A stretch of 64,000 nt of DNA. It comes from Octopus vulgaris. Lineage: Eukaryota. Below, one piece after another: positions 14,474 through 26,295 of this stretch (position 1 is its first letter; every line of letters starts with the position of its first letter). Made by a program: the position numbers and the translations under genes. The stretch is from NCBI GenBank assembly GCA_951406725.2, contig OX597823.1, forward strand, positions 94,178,001-94,242,000, in the 5' to 3' direction. The notes beneath the pieces were generated by a model. It saw only the letters and a program-made list of their open reading frames with translations, did not search any database and had not been told where the DNA came from.

Positions 14474-14813
14474 TTCTAACTAAAACACAAGATAATTGGT
14501 CAAGATTATGATGAATGAGGACGTTGGTGCCATTATACTTATTGTACTGATGGAAGCACTTAAGATAATAATAATAATAATAATAATAATGATGATAATA
14601 GTAAGGAACTTGTCTGTTAATAGATATGTCTGTCTCACAAGATCAAAATGTCTCTGGAAAGGAATACCATAAGTTTCTCACTAGAAAAGATCTGCAAATT
14701 GAAATCGCAAAAGAATAATAACAACAACAACAACAACAACAACAACAGCAGCAGCAGCAGCAAAAAGTACCTTAGGAATGAGAAGCCAGAGTTGGGTTCG
14801 AAATTCCACCAGG

Positions 14814-14857
14814 ACACCTGATGAAGGCTGGAGAGTAAATCAGCAGAAACATTGTGT
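14814..14857 (+). ncRNA. Minimal type-I hammerhead ribozyme candidate
   Basis: acac CTGATGA aggctg..cagca GAAA ca TT gtgt: stem I acac/gtgt, stem II gctg/cagc, very short stem III. Confidence 0.5.
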
Positions 14858-15189
14858 TAACAACAAACAGAATGAGGACACATATCCGTCCAATGTAAAT
14901 AATGTATATATATTCTATGTCTTGAATGTTATTGGTTTCAAATTTTGGCACAAGGCCAGCAAGCTTGGGATAAGAGATAAGTCGTTATAGCGATCCGCAG
15001 TGCTCAGCTGGTGCTGGTGCTTATTTTATCGACCCCAAAATGATGGATTGCCTAAACGATCTCCGCGGAATTTGAATTCAGAATGTAAGTACTCGCTAAG
15101 CATTTGGCCCGGTGTGCAAACGATTCTTGCAGGAGATGGTCATTGCTAGACCATATATATATATTTATATATATATATATATATATATG

Positions 15190-15560
15190 AATTTTTGCGT
15201 AATAAGATAAAAAACCAAGTCTGTATAGATATTAGGGCATTTATAGATAGGTCTTAGAGCAGTTTCTAGAATATTAATTAATAATAATAACCCTTCATCG
15301 GAGACGGTGTGAGAGGAAAAGTTAAGTCATAGTTAGTTTCGGTGTGATACAAATAGAGAGTGAGGTGGAGGAAAGAAAATAGAAAGAAATATGATTATTG
15401 AGTTCATAAATCCGTTTTATAGACATAATGCTATATATATATATTAGAGGCTACTGCAATAGAGAATCTTACATTCCTTATAAACGTTACATTTGGATGG
15501 ACTCATATTAAGCTCCGTTGGACTTTTGGATTTTACTCAAAGTATCTTGGAATATTACAC
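15190..15560 (-). mobile_element. Penelope-like pLTR remnant with decayed hammerhead (15251-15305)
   Basis: Reverse complement aligns with 29590-29715; core reads CCGATGA (mutated). Confidence 0.55.
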
Positions 15561-15999
15561 ATATATACCATTATGCCAATAAAACGGATTTATGAGCAGC
15601 CTTGTTTTTTATATCTCATTACCCAAAAATTCATATATACACACGCTGACATAAAACCAACGTTGAACACTTTATTCGCAATATTACCGAATCTGGAACT
15701 TAACTACGGTCTGTCTATAGCACTTAATCAGCATTACCTGACACTTTTGGGTCTCATTGACACCATTATCTCATATATATACATACATAGATGTAAGCAA
15801 GTACATATACGTATGCATATATGAATATATATATATTATTTATATTATTTATATGACTGAACGCCACGCATCCTCTTCCAAGTAAGTGTTATCTATATAT
15901 ATGTGGGGGGGGGTATGTGTGTGTGTGTATAAATGTAGAGATGTCAAATATATGTATATATACATGTGTGTATATATATATGTATATATATATGAGTTG

Positions 16000-18255
16000 A
16001 GTATAGAAATTCGGGGTGAGTACTTGATAATTATAAGCACCTGTGTATACCGTTTGGTGGTGTAGGTGGTGGAGTAAATTGATCAAAATAAAATAAAAAC
16101 ATGATGCGAAGGATTCAGCGGTACATATGTTTCGGGCCTTTATTAGACAGATTTATAACAATGCATAATGTATGTCTGTGGCCTTCTTCAGCCGCGCACA
16201 ACAGCTTCCACAAGGACATGTGCTACATCAAAAATTCTTGGTTGGGGATGCAAATCCTCTCATTCGCGTACGACATAATGCGGCAGCAGCATAGAATTGA
16301 AGCGTCCATCTTTTTCTTCTCTCAATGTAGAATGAGGAAAATTGGATGTTGAGGTAATGTAAATAAATAAATACATATATAGACGTGAAGATGGAGGGGC
16401 GAGAATTCGGGACGAGGGATAAAAAATGTATAAAAAGTGTAAGTATAGAAAAATATAAAAATGTAGAGCATAAAGATATAAAGAGTTATAAGGAGATGTA
16501 AAGGGGTATAAAGAATATAAAGAAATATAAAGAAATATAAATAAATGTAAAGGCATAAGGTTATAAAGTAAAAATAGAAATAGAAATAAAAGTAAAAAAA
16601 CATGATAAAAACATGATAAAAATGTAAAAGAATGTAAAGATAAGGGATGTGTAGAGGTTACGGACCAAGCATGGTGGTCAGGAGATTGATAAAATTTAGT
16701 TGTAGAATTGTCAGTAAATCAACAGTTTCGTCTGGGGACCTAATGTGTTGTAAATCAGAGCTGATGAGCGTTTAATCTGGTTCCTTGAATTAAATGGACT
16801 TCTAGTACATACATATCATCATGGACACATACACCCACATACACGCGTACATATACGCCTCCAAGCCTATAAGCATACACACGCACTCGCGTGTAAACAT
16901 GTACATAAACACACACGCACCCACACGCACGCGCGTACACACACATACATACAACAGAATATCCGCATGTATACACAGACACTATACGCGTACACACTCA
17001 CATGTACATACGCGCGCCCATCCCTACGTACACACACGTATATGCCCACGCCTCTAGGTCTAGATATAAGATATTAAAGGATGTATATAAGAACGTATGT
17101 AAAAAATCACGTACTCATGTCTATACGTGCACGCACACACGGCTGTGTGTCCGTATGTGCGTGCACATATACACTCATATACACACACAGAGACACACGC
17201 GTATATGGGTATAGCTATAAGATATCGAAATATGCATGCACATATACGCGCGTGCATATGCATGTATGCGTATACACACGTACGCGGACGCTCGTATAGT
17301 CAAAAGGTGGATCCATAGGTAAGTAAATAAACATATAAAGAGGTGTAAAGCGATAAGTTAGGGGTAAGAATGAGGGTAAGGGTAAAAATTAGAAATAAAA
17401 AATACAGTATAAAATAAGAAATACAATGTAATAGTTAGAAATGAAATATAAGAATTATAAAAATTATAAGAGTTAAGGTAAGGGATGAAAATGAAAATGA
17501 GAATAAATGGAAGTAGAATAAAAGTAAAAATAAAAATAAATGGAAGTAGGATAAAAGTAAAAATAAAAGTAAAGATAAAAGTAAAAATAAAAATAAAATA
17601 AAATAAGATAAAAATATAATTTGGTAAAGTTTAACATGAGATGAAGGTGGTTGAAAGTTAGAGGTGTGTGTTAAACGTAGGGGCGGGCGGGGGGAACTGA
17701 AAATTGGAAGGGTGGGAAGTGGAGTTTGGCGGTGTGCGTTCAACATCCGAGTTAGAAATGTGAAAGGGTATAGATATAGGGAATTAAAGAGATTATATAG
17801 GGAGGATATGGGTGTAGGAGAAGAAATATTTAGGGAAAAGAAGTCATATATGGGAGACAAAATTTGTATATATAGGAGGAAAATGCAGGGAACCTTATAT
17901 GCACATACACACACCCACACACACACACACACACGCACATGTATATATATATATATGTACACATACGTACACGTATGTGCACATACATATACACACACAC
18001 ACACATACGCATATACACGCACATATAGGAAAGCGGGATGTGCTGGAGCCGACAGGTTGCACCGGGTGGGAGGATATTGCATGGGGGAGTTGGTATAAGA
18101 CCTAAGCTTTGTAGTATTTGAAAGTATTAATAAGTTTGTGTATACAGGATGGTTTGAACTCTGACCTTTTGTTAATAAGATTGTGTTTGTCTTTGAATTT
18201 CAAGATGTTCAGGAGTTCTACACAACGATGTAGCACATGTCCTTGTGGAAGCTGT
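16000..18255 (-). mobile_element. Penelope-like element 3' portion (GIY-YIG C-terminus, long low-complexity tail, hammerhead)
   Basis: 18255->18102 encodes ...[28 protein letters not shown], matching the PLE LLNKRSE..C.H terminus; same-strand hammerhead at 16118-16195. Left boundary approximate. Confidence 0.65.
16118..16195 (-). ncRNA. Type-I hammerhead ribozyme with extended stem II
   Basis: Minus strand: gcgg CTGAAGA aggcc..(long arm)..ggccc GAAA catatg TA ccgc; perfect 4-bp stem I, palindromic stem III, GUA triplet. Confidence 0.8.
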
Positions 18256-18282
18256 ATATATATATATGTATATATATATGTG

Positions 18283-18350
<68 letters not shown>

Positions 18351-18475
18351 GATAAGAGTAAATAATTTCTATAAAGGCTTTTAAAAAAACCCCAATTATT
18401 TACTGGTAGAATTCGGTATGTAAATATAGCCGATTACCGGCAGGAACTTCTGTAAAGTTCAGTATATATATATTG

Positions 18476-18672
18476 TATATAAGAAAAGGGGACAGGCAAA
18501 AACCGCCAGACTTCGTATTCGTTATCTATTCCTTCTGTTTTGCATATGTGAATTGCAGGGTCTGTCATGCCCGGAGTCCAACTTTGATAGAAATAAGCAT
18601 TCTTGACTGCTATTTCTATTTTTTCGGTATGCGGTCAAGCAACCTGTTTTGCCTGTCCCCTTTTCTTATATA
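18476..18672. mobile_element. MITE-like element with perfect terminal inverted repeats in TA repeat
   Basis: tatataagaaaaggggacaggcaaaa (18476-18501) is the exact reverse complement of 18647-18672. Confidence 0.6.
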
Positions 18673-19346
18673 TATATATATGTGTGTATATATGTATATA
18701 TATATGTATATATATGTGTATATATATATATACATATGTATATGTGGAAGAGGGGGATGGATGAATGCATGGATCGCAATTTTCCTCAATTCCGACGTAC
18801 AGAGTGAGAGATTTTAAGCATACACAGAACAATGAGCGGGAATTATAGTTTATACAGATGCACAACAGACACCTCTACAGGGTTTTACAAGTATATGTAC
18901 ATGAATGTGTGTGTGTTATGATTAAGTGTGTGTATGTATATTTTATATACGTAAATATACATAAGTATATATAGGCAAAAACAAACACATACTCACACAC
19001 TCTCACCCTTGCATATATGCATAAATACATACATACATACATACATATATACGTACATACATACATACAAAGAAACGCGCACACATTCACACACACACGT
19101 ACAAACGCACATACACATATGTAGCATTTTGATTTGACATCATTTTAGATATCTGCACATTTCTTTTGCTCAAAAGAACTATTTTTTCTTATAAGGATAC
19201 CAAACTTATATTCTTTCCTGATTTATGTCATATGAGGGGGAGCGGTGTAAATTTGTTACGTGAATACATAGATATTGGCATGGGCATATGTGTATACGCA
19301 TGTATATGTAAATATATATATATATATGTGTGTGTATGCATATATG

Positions 19347-19381
<35 letters not shown>

Positions 19382-19436
19382 GTACATTTACATACATATA
19401 TGTATATATGTAAATCTATACATATATACATATGCA

Positions 19437-19492
<56 letters not shown>

Positions 19493-19600
19493 TGCATATA
19501 TCTATATATATAATAATTATACGCATATGGTTCATATATATAATTGTATTAATTTGTATACATAATTATAATATGCGTTTGCTTTGCTGTATATGTATGT

Positions 19601-19650
<50 letters not shown>

Positions 19651-19679
19651 TTATATGCATGTATGTGTGTGTTTGTTCC

Positions 19680-20300
19680 TCTTTGGCTCACGGTTGTTTC
19701 TTTGAAGATCAAAGGCCTACCTAATCAATTTCAAATATTTCATCTTAATAGAATACCATTTTGGTATGTGGAATTTTAGCGCCGTTATAATTAAAGACTT
19801 TGTCAATGTTTGCAGCAATCAGTAACATTTCTATTAAAGACTAGTTGTAAAGTGTTGAAAGCAACACATATTGCTGTCTGGCCAATTTCTTGAAGAATTA
19901 TGGCTTCGTTCCTATCTAAAGAATCTTTGTATTAAACTGTTTTGCTCTATTCACTTCAAATCTGTCATTTATTCCTCAGTTTTCACTATATTTCTTTAAA
20001 ACTTTGTTTTAATGTACTTCTTCCTATATTTCCTTGTTTTAGTTTCCACGGATAATATCTAATTTGTTTTTCCTCCTATAATTTCTATCTGCAAATCAAG
20101 GTTTTCTTCAATATGTAGCTTATCCGCGATTTCTCGTGTTTTATTTTTTGCTTTTATTTCTACGTTTTTTTTCAACATGGCTAACTCAAATTTAGAAGGT
20201 CAACGCCTCTTCCTATTCAAGAAACCCTCAAGGCCGATGGAAGCAAGAGAAATAATTTCTTCTGTTCGGAGATTTGGCTTCAAAACCGAAGAACACAAGA
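19680..20300 (-). mobile_element. Highly decayed Tc1/mariner-like transposase remnant
   Basis: Fragments resembling RPSKF...LK..VE...TREIADKL (second HTH) and MVF.DE.F.I..F..QRNNR; many stops and frameshifts. Confidence 0.3.
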
Positions 20301-20307
20301 GTAAAAT

Positions 20308-20473
20308 AGGTGCTGGAGTGGCTGTGTTATAAGAAGCTTGCTTCCCAACCACATGGTTCGGGGTTCAATCCCATTTCGTGGCACCTGGGAAAAGTGTTTT
20401 CTACTATAGCCTCGGGTCGACCAAAGCCTTGTGAGTGGATATGGTAGACAGAAACTGAAAGAACCCCGTCATA

Positions 20474-20519
<46 letters not shown>

Positions 20520-20745
20520 TTGTGTGTGTGTGTCGATGGGTGTGTCTTTGCGTCTGATTTTGTACACCACCATCGCTTGACAACTGGTGTTACCTCCCTG
20601 TAACCTAACGGCTCGGCAAAAGAGATCGTTACAATAACTACCGAGGTTTAAAATATAGTGTGTCCTCGGGTTGTTTCATTCGACTGAAAATTCTTCAAAG
20701 CTCCAGCATGGCCGCATTCTAATGTCTGAAACAAAGGAAAGGTAA
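20308..20745 (+). mobile_element. tRNA-derived SINE, family A (near full length)
   Basis: A-box-like tggctgtgtt, B-box ggttcaatccc, central (TG)n, tail shared with other copies. Confidence 0.85.
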
Positions 20746-20937
20746 TATATTTAATATACAACCAAAATATTTCCGTGGTTTAACTTTTCTTGAAGGATTG
20801 GGATCAGAAAGGATCCTGTGAATGGTCAGTTGGTCTGCAAGAAATGTCTCTGAAATTACACACATCATTCTATAAAAAAAGTAGCATTTTGAATGATGGG
20901 ACCCTAGATAGGTTCCGTGTTTGCGCGTGGCCTAGGT

Positions 20938-21220
20938 GAAGGCATTTGGCCTAGTGGTTAGGCACGTTGCACTCGCAATCGTGACATTATCGCGTTCGAT
21001 TCCCAGACCGTCTGCCTGTTGCGTTCTTGAGCAAAACTCTTTCACTTTGTTTCAGTCCCCTCAGCTGTAAATGGGTCACTCTGCAACGGGTTAGCTCTCC
21101 GATCAGGTGGAATGCTTGGCCTGCTCCACTAGACAGCGGGGTAGCAGCATTCAAAAGCTAAGCGCATTGTGAACAGCGATGTATAACAACATCCGATAGT
21201 CTACTCGATCACGTGATCAC
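20938..21220 (+). mobile_element. tRNA-derived SINE, family C
   Basis: tggcctagtggtta A-box, gttcgattccc B-box, ttcttgagcaaaac core; similar to 23030. Confidence 0.75.
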
Positions 21221-22572
21221 GTAAGTTACATTTTATCGCCCTGAAAGTATGTTGATGGGATGATGTCAGTCTGAGGTATTTTTCATCATTAATCTACACC
21301 ACTGGTTTTAGCCAATAGCTAATCAATAACAACAGAAATTTGAGGAAGTATTATACATGATTGACAGATTTAATTGCCAGGGATCGTAGCCCAAGACCCA
21401 GTAATTAACATGCTTCGATCACAGTTCCCAGACGTTCGCTGTCATCCCCTTGACTTCATGTAAATAGGCTTGTTGCACATCCTCTTCACATCTCTCTCTC
21501 CCTCTTTCTCTCTCTCTCCCTCTTTCTCTCTCTCTCTCCTTCTCCTTATTCTTCTTTTTCTACCACCCATTTTGCTATGCCTTTTGCAGTTCATTAGTCA
21601 TTGATCAGACGAAGGCTATCCCGCCAGCGCTAGAGTTCTTATGAACATAAATCACTTCGCAGTTGAACGCATGCTTTGTAGCAACTTTTCCACACACCCC
21701 CATCCAGAAGTCAATCAATTTCAAACTTGGAATTCCAAAAAAATTGAAAAATAACAAATATTCCACAAGCTTTCTATTTTTCTCTCTTTGTTTTCTCTTA
21801 ACTGAAAATTTTAATTTCCATTTAAAAAACAACGAAACTCTAGAAAATAATGGCAATTCTACTAAAAGATTGCTATGTTTATCAGTTTTAAATAACCATC
21901 TGTAAAACAGAGTTTAATCTTCAAGTAGAATAATAAATCATAGCAGATGGCATATTTGTTCCAAACTTTATCTAAATTCCATATTCTCTAATTTCGGTTT
22001 GAATACCTTCTGCTCTCCGTTGAAAAATGTGCTTTCGATGCAGTCTATTTTTACTGCTTTTTCCTTATATACTGACATGATTAACTCCATTATAATAACC
22101 AAATGTTCGGAATAACAAAAGCTAAACGACCTTTTGAATATCTTTGAAAAGGAAGCTGTCATTACTTAAGGAGAAGCTATCCGTGTGGTCTGCTCTCGTT
22201 TGCTTTCTATTCAAATCTAATGACGTTCATTTATATTAAGAATTCAACCAAATATTGTCCAGCTTCTCTAATGTCTTTCAACATCAGTCTGATTGTTTCC
22301 TAAACAAACTATTTTCGGTGCTGAATTTTAAATACAATGAAGTTCCATCAGTATTGCTGTATGTTGTAATGGCACTCGATTCATTAATTATTTGGTAAAT
22401 GAATGCAGTTGTGCAACAGAAACAGTAGAATGATAAGTTTATATTTTGCAATATCTATTGACCACATTATTCGTTCTGATTTCAAATCCTACAAGAGTAC
22501 ACATTAGTTTCATCTTTACAGTGTCAATAAAAAAATTCCAACCAAATACAGGGTTTATCGTGATGACTACAT

Positions 22573-22991
22573 ACCTATTTCTTTACTACCCACAAGGGTC
22601 TAAACACAGAGAGGACAAACAAAGACAGACAAACGGATTAAGTCGATTATATCGACCCCAGTGCGTAACTGGTACTTATTTAATCGACCCCGAAAGGATG
22701 AAAGGCAAAGTCGACCTCGGCGGAATTTGAACTCAGAACGTAACGGCAGACGAAATACCTATTTCTTTACTACCCACAAGGGGCTAAACTCAGAAAGGAC
22801 AAACAAGGACAGACAAACGGATTAAGTCAATTATATCGACCCCAGTGCGTGACTGGTACTTATTTAATCAACCCCGAAAGGATGAAAGGCAAAGTCGACC
22901 TCGGCGGAATTTGAACTCAGAACGTAACGGCAGACGAAATACTGCTTAGCATCTCGCCCGGCGTTCTAACGATTCTGCCAGCTCGCTGTCC
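22573..22991 (-). mobile_element. SINE family B (Nin-domain-like core), head-to-tail dimer with 12-bp target-site duplication
   Basis: Two near-identical units; TSD tgatgactacat at 22561-22572 and 22992-23003; core gcctttcatcctttcggggtcgat..aagtaccag. Confidence 0.9.
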
Positions 22992-23029
22992 TGATGACTA
23001 CATGCCTTTCATGAAAAATACCGAGAAGA

Positions 23030-23272
23030 TGAAGGCATGCGGCCTAGTGTAAGTGTGTTGCACTCAGGATCAGGTGATCATGTTTCGATTCTCGGGTCGG
23101 GCGGTGCATTTTGTTCTTGAGCAAAAACCTGCATTTCACGTTGCTGCATTCTACTCAACTGTAAATGAGTAACCCTGCAACAAAATGGCGTCTTGTCCTG
23201 AAGGAATGTCGGTCACTTAAGCACTGTGGAAACCGGGTAGCCGGACCTGTGAGCCCTAGGACTCGAGGGGGT
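23030..23272 (+). mobile_element. tRNA-derived SINE, family C
   Basis: gaaggcatgcggcctagtg...tttcgattctc...ttcttgagcaaaa, homologous to 20938. Confidence 0.7.
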
Positions 23273-23284
23273 AATGACCAGGAG

Positions 23285-23353
23285 TTGATGACGATGATGA
23301 TGATGATAAAGAAGAAGTTGATGGTGATGATGAAGATGATGATGATGATGATG

Positions 23354-23384
<31 letters not shown>

Positions 23385-23601
23385 TGATGATGATAAGAAA
23401 GAAGATGATGACAATGACGACGACGACGATGATGATGATGACGACGACGACGACGACGACGATGATGATGAAGAAGAAGAAGAAGAAGATGATGATGATG
23501 AGGAGGAGGAGGAGGAGGATGTTGTTGACGATATTGACGATGATGATGTTGGTGGTGGTGGTGGTGTTGATGATGATGAAGAAGAAGAAGAAGAAGAAGA
23601 A

Positions 23602-23651
<50 letters not shown>

Positions 23652-23658
23652 CGACGAA
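23285..23658. repeat. Compound (GAT/GAC/GAA/GAG/GGT)n trinucleotide array
   Basis: In-phase mosaic of triplets; source of poly-M/poly-H pseudo-ORFs. Confidence 0.9.
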
Positions 23659-23944
23659 GTCGCAAAACAGTCTTTAAAAAGCGATCAAACTGATTGATAG
23701 CATTTCGTTTTGTTTTGTTGTTTTTTTCCTTTTTTTTTCTTTTTATCAGAAATCCAGCCACGAATCGATCTGATTAATTAATTAATGCTTCTCACAAAAA
23801 CTAAAACAAAAAAAACTCTTATGACATTGGACTTCCTGCACAGTCAGATAGACAAACCGTTTCTGGTGACTTTGCATTATATGCAAATGAAGCCATTTTC
23901 ATGGAAGACCACAATGGCGGGTTCTTTTTTTTCCGTTGACTATG

Positions 23945-24160
23945 ATGGCAACTTGGCAGAATCGTTAGCACGCAGAGCGAATTGCGGAGCGGCATTTCGT
24001 CCGTCTTTGTGTTTGGAGTTCAAATCCTCCCGAAATTGACTGCGTTTCATTCTTTCAGGATCTATAAAATACGTATCAGTCAAGCACTGGAGAGGATATA
24101 ATCGACTTACCTCCTCCCCGCAACATTGCTGGCCTTGTGCTAAAATTTGAAACCAATATT
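23945..24160 (+). mobile_element. SINE family B, older subfamily (ggccttgtgc..aaaatttgaaacc tail)
   Basis: ggcagaatcgttagcacg...gagttcaaat...ttcattctttcaggatctataaaa; similar diverged copies at 5730-5890, 11805-11975, 14930-15130(-), 30493-30716, 31325-31530(-), 41518-41735, 46505-46700(-), 47625-47823(-), 52710-52915. Confidence 0.75.
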
Positions 24161-24819
24161 TGGGACATTATTCGCCATATTGACGAGTTGGCTGAATCCT
24201 TAGTGCATCTTTTTTGTGGCCTGTGTGCGGGTATTTCGGCCAGATTCTATTTGTCGTTTTGTTATAAACATCTTCACTTCCTCTGTTCTCGAGAATGTGA
24301 AGTACCACAAATATAATGTGAGGTATCTTGTCGAACGATTTAACAGCTCTGCAAATCTACCCCAGGAGAATATGTCCATAACGGAATTCGAACTCAGAAC
24401 ATAAAGAGCCAAAACAAATACCGAATGGTATTTTGTCCAACGTTCTGACAGTCTGGGAAATCCAATGCTCTCGATTACTGATTTATTTAATCGTCTCCGA
24501 AATAGTGACTGTAGCTGAATTCAAACTCAGAACTTAGAGATTGAAACAAGTACAAAAACACCTTTTATCCAATACTTCGACCAGTTCTGAATTTCTAATG
24601 CTCTCGGCTGCAATTATATTTAACCGACTCCGAGAGAAAGAAACGATGGCCATAGTGTCATTCGACATCAAATCATAAAGACCAATAAGTTTCCATTATA
24701 TTTATCTCATATATTACGTTCTTTCTGTTTGATATATTCTCCTTCTTATTATGCATTTGTCATATATTCGTGCGCGTATATATATATATATGTGTGTGTA
24801 TGTGTGTGTACTGGGTATA

Positions 24820-24863
<44 letters not shown>

Positions 24864-25169
24864 ATATGGTATAATTATAAACAGGGCAAAAAATGATGAA
24901 CAATCTTAATTGATTTTCAAACCTTATTGGGTTCTCAGCAGAGGCATCTACTTCATTCTAAGAGACTCCAGAGAAACAAAGCCAAACTGTTTATATACTC
25001 AACAAATACTGCGGTTACGCTATGAAGGAGTCCCTAATTTGCATACCGAAAGTGTTTAACATTCATTAAATACCAGCAGCCTGTCAACGGGGATCTTACT
25101 CCACACAATGTCAAGGCATGATATAATATATATGTAACATATGGAATAATTATAAACATAATTATGTAT

Positions 25170-25531
25170 GTATGTATCGTGACAATCCTTCGGTTACGAC
25201 AACACGGGGGTTTCATTTAATCCGATCAACGGAACAGCCTACTCGTGAAATTAACGTGCAAGTGGCTGAGCACTCCACATACACGTGTACCCTTAACGTA
25301 GTTCTCGGGGAGATTCAGCGTGACACAGAGTGTACCAAGGCCGGCACTTTGAAATAAAGGTACAAGAGAAACAGGAAGAGTGAGAGAAAGTTGAGGTGAA
25401 ACAGTACAGCAGAGCCTCGTGGTATTTCAGGAGTTTTCACTCAATAAACACCCAAAACACCCGATCTGGGAATTGAAACCACGAACCTACGATCGCGAGT
25501 CCGCTGCCCTAACCACTGAGCCATTGCGCCT
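25170..25531 (-). mobile_element. tRNA-derived SINE, family C-related
   Basis: Minus head aggcgcaatggctcagtggttaggg...ggtttcaattccc; tail aligns with 31975-32150. Confidence 0.8.
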
Positions 25532-26295
25532 ACACAAAATAAAATATCAAAATAGGCAACAAGGATATCCAGAGGTAATGCAGTATGATCGTTTCATGCA
25601 ACTCCATTTAATTGAACAATGCAATCATTATATCAATTTAAAATGCAGAGCAATCTTCAGCTGCACAAAGACATAGAATTTAATTAAGTTAGAACAGATG
25701 GACACATTAGTATAATTATACCGAAAATCTCCAAGAAGTTAAGGAGATAGACAAACAACATACTGTCTCACTCCAGCATAGAAGTTACTAATTTTTGAAG
25801 AAGATATACATTGTTACTGACTCTTTAATTTATAGACTAGTTTATCATATCCCTTTTGTACCCAAGACTGAGAGAACAGAGGGCAGAATCTGTTAGGAGT
25901 GGGGCTGAGGGAGCAGACAGACATCATAGTTGGTATATTCATAAAAATCAAGATTTATTAGAAGCAATATCATGAGGTTTGGTAAAGGAAAACTTAAAAC
26001 AAAATGTTAGTTGACAATTAAGGGGGTCCCCTACTAGCAGACCGCTTATAATGAAGCAGGAAAGTCTTAGCATGTAGTACTATATTTAGATATTTTAAAC
26101 AAAGTTGTTATATTGTATGCAGTTAAGGTTGAAGGTTATTCAGAGGATTATTAAGAAGAATTATATTATAACAAAACGATAGAAATATATGACTACTTTT
26201 GAGTATATACCAAGCTTTTACCTTAATAGAGAGAGGAAAAGAAATTATCCAGAAATAGTTTAATATCTGTACATATTGTCCACTTAAATACTACT

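Noticed and set aside
16760-16800. CTGATGAG motif (also 22991 and 43453)
   Set aside because: No properly placed GAAA or stems; not a hammerhead.
20938-21010. tRNA-like sequences (also 20310, 25460-25531)
   Set aside because: They are SINE heads continuing into SINE bodies; no intact cloverleaf.
23165-23761. Poly-M/poly-H/poly-D ORFs (also 38405-39076, 42652-44031)
   Set aside because: Trinucleotide repeat artefacts.
24903-24946. Hammerhead-like CTGCTGA gaacc..ggttt GAAA on minus
   Set aside because: Core mutated and stem I weak; at best a dead relic.
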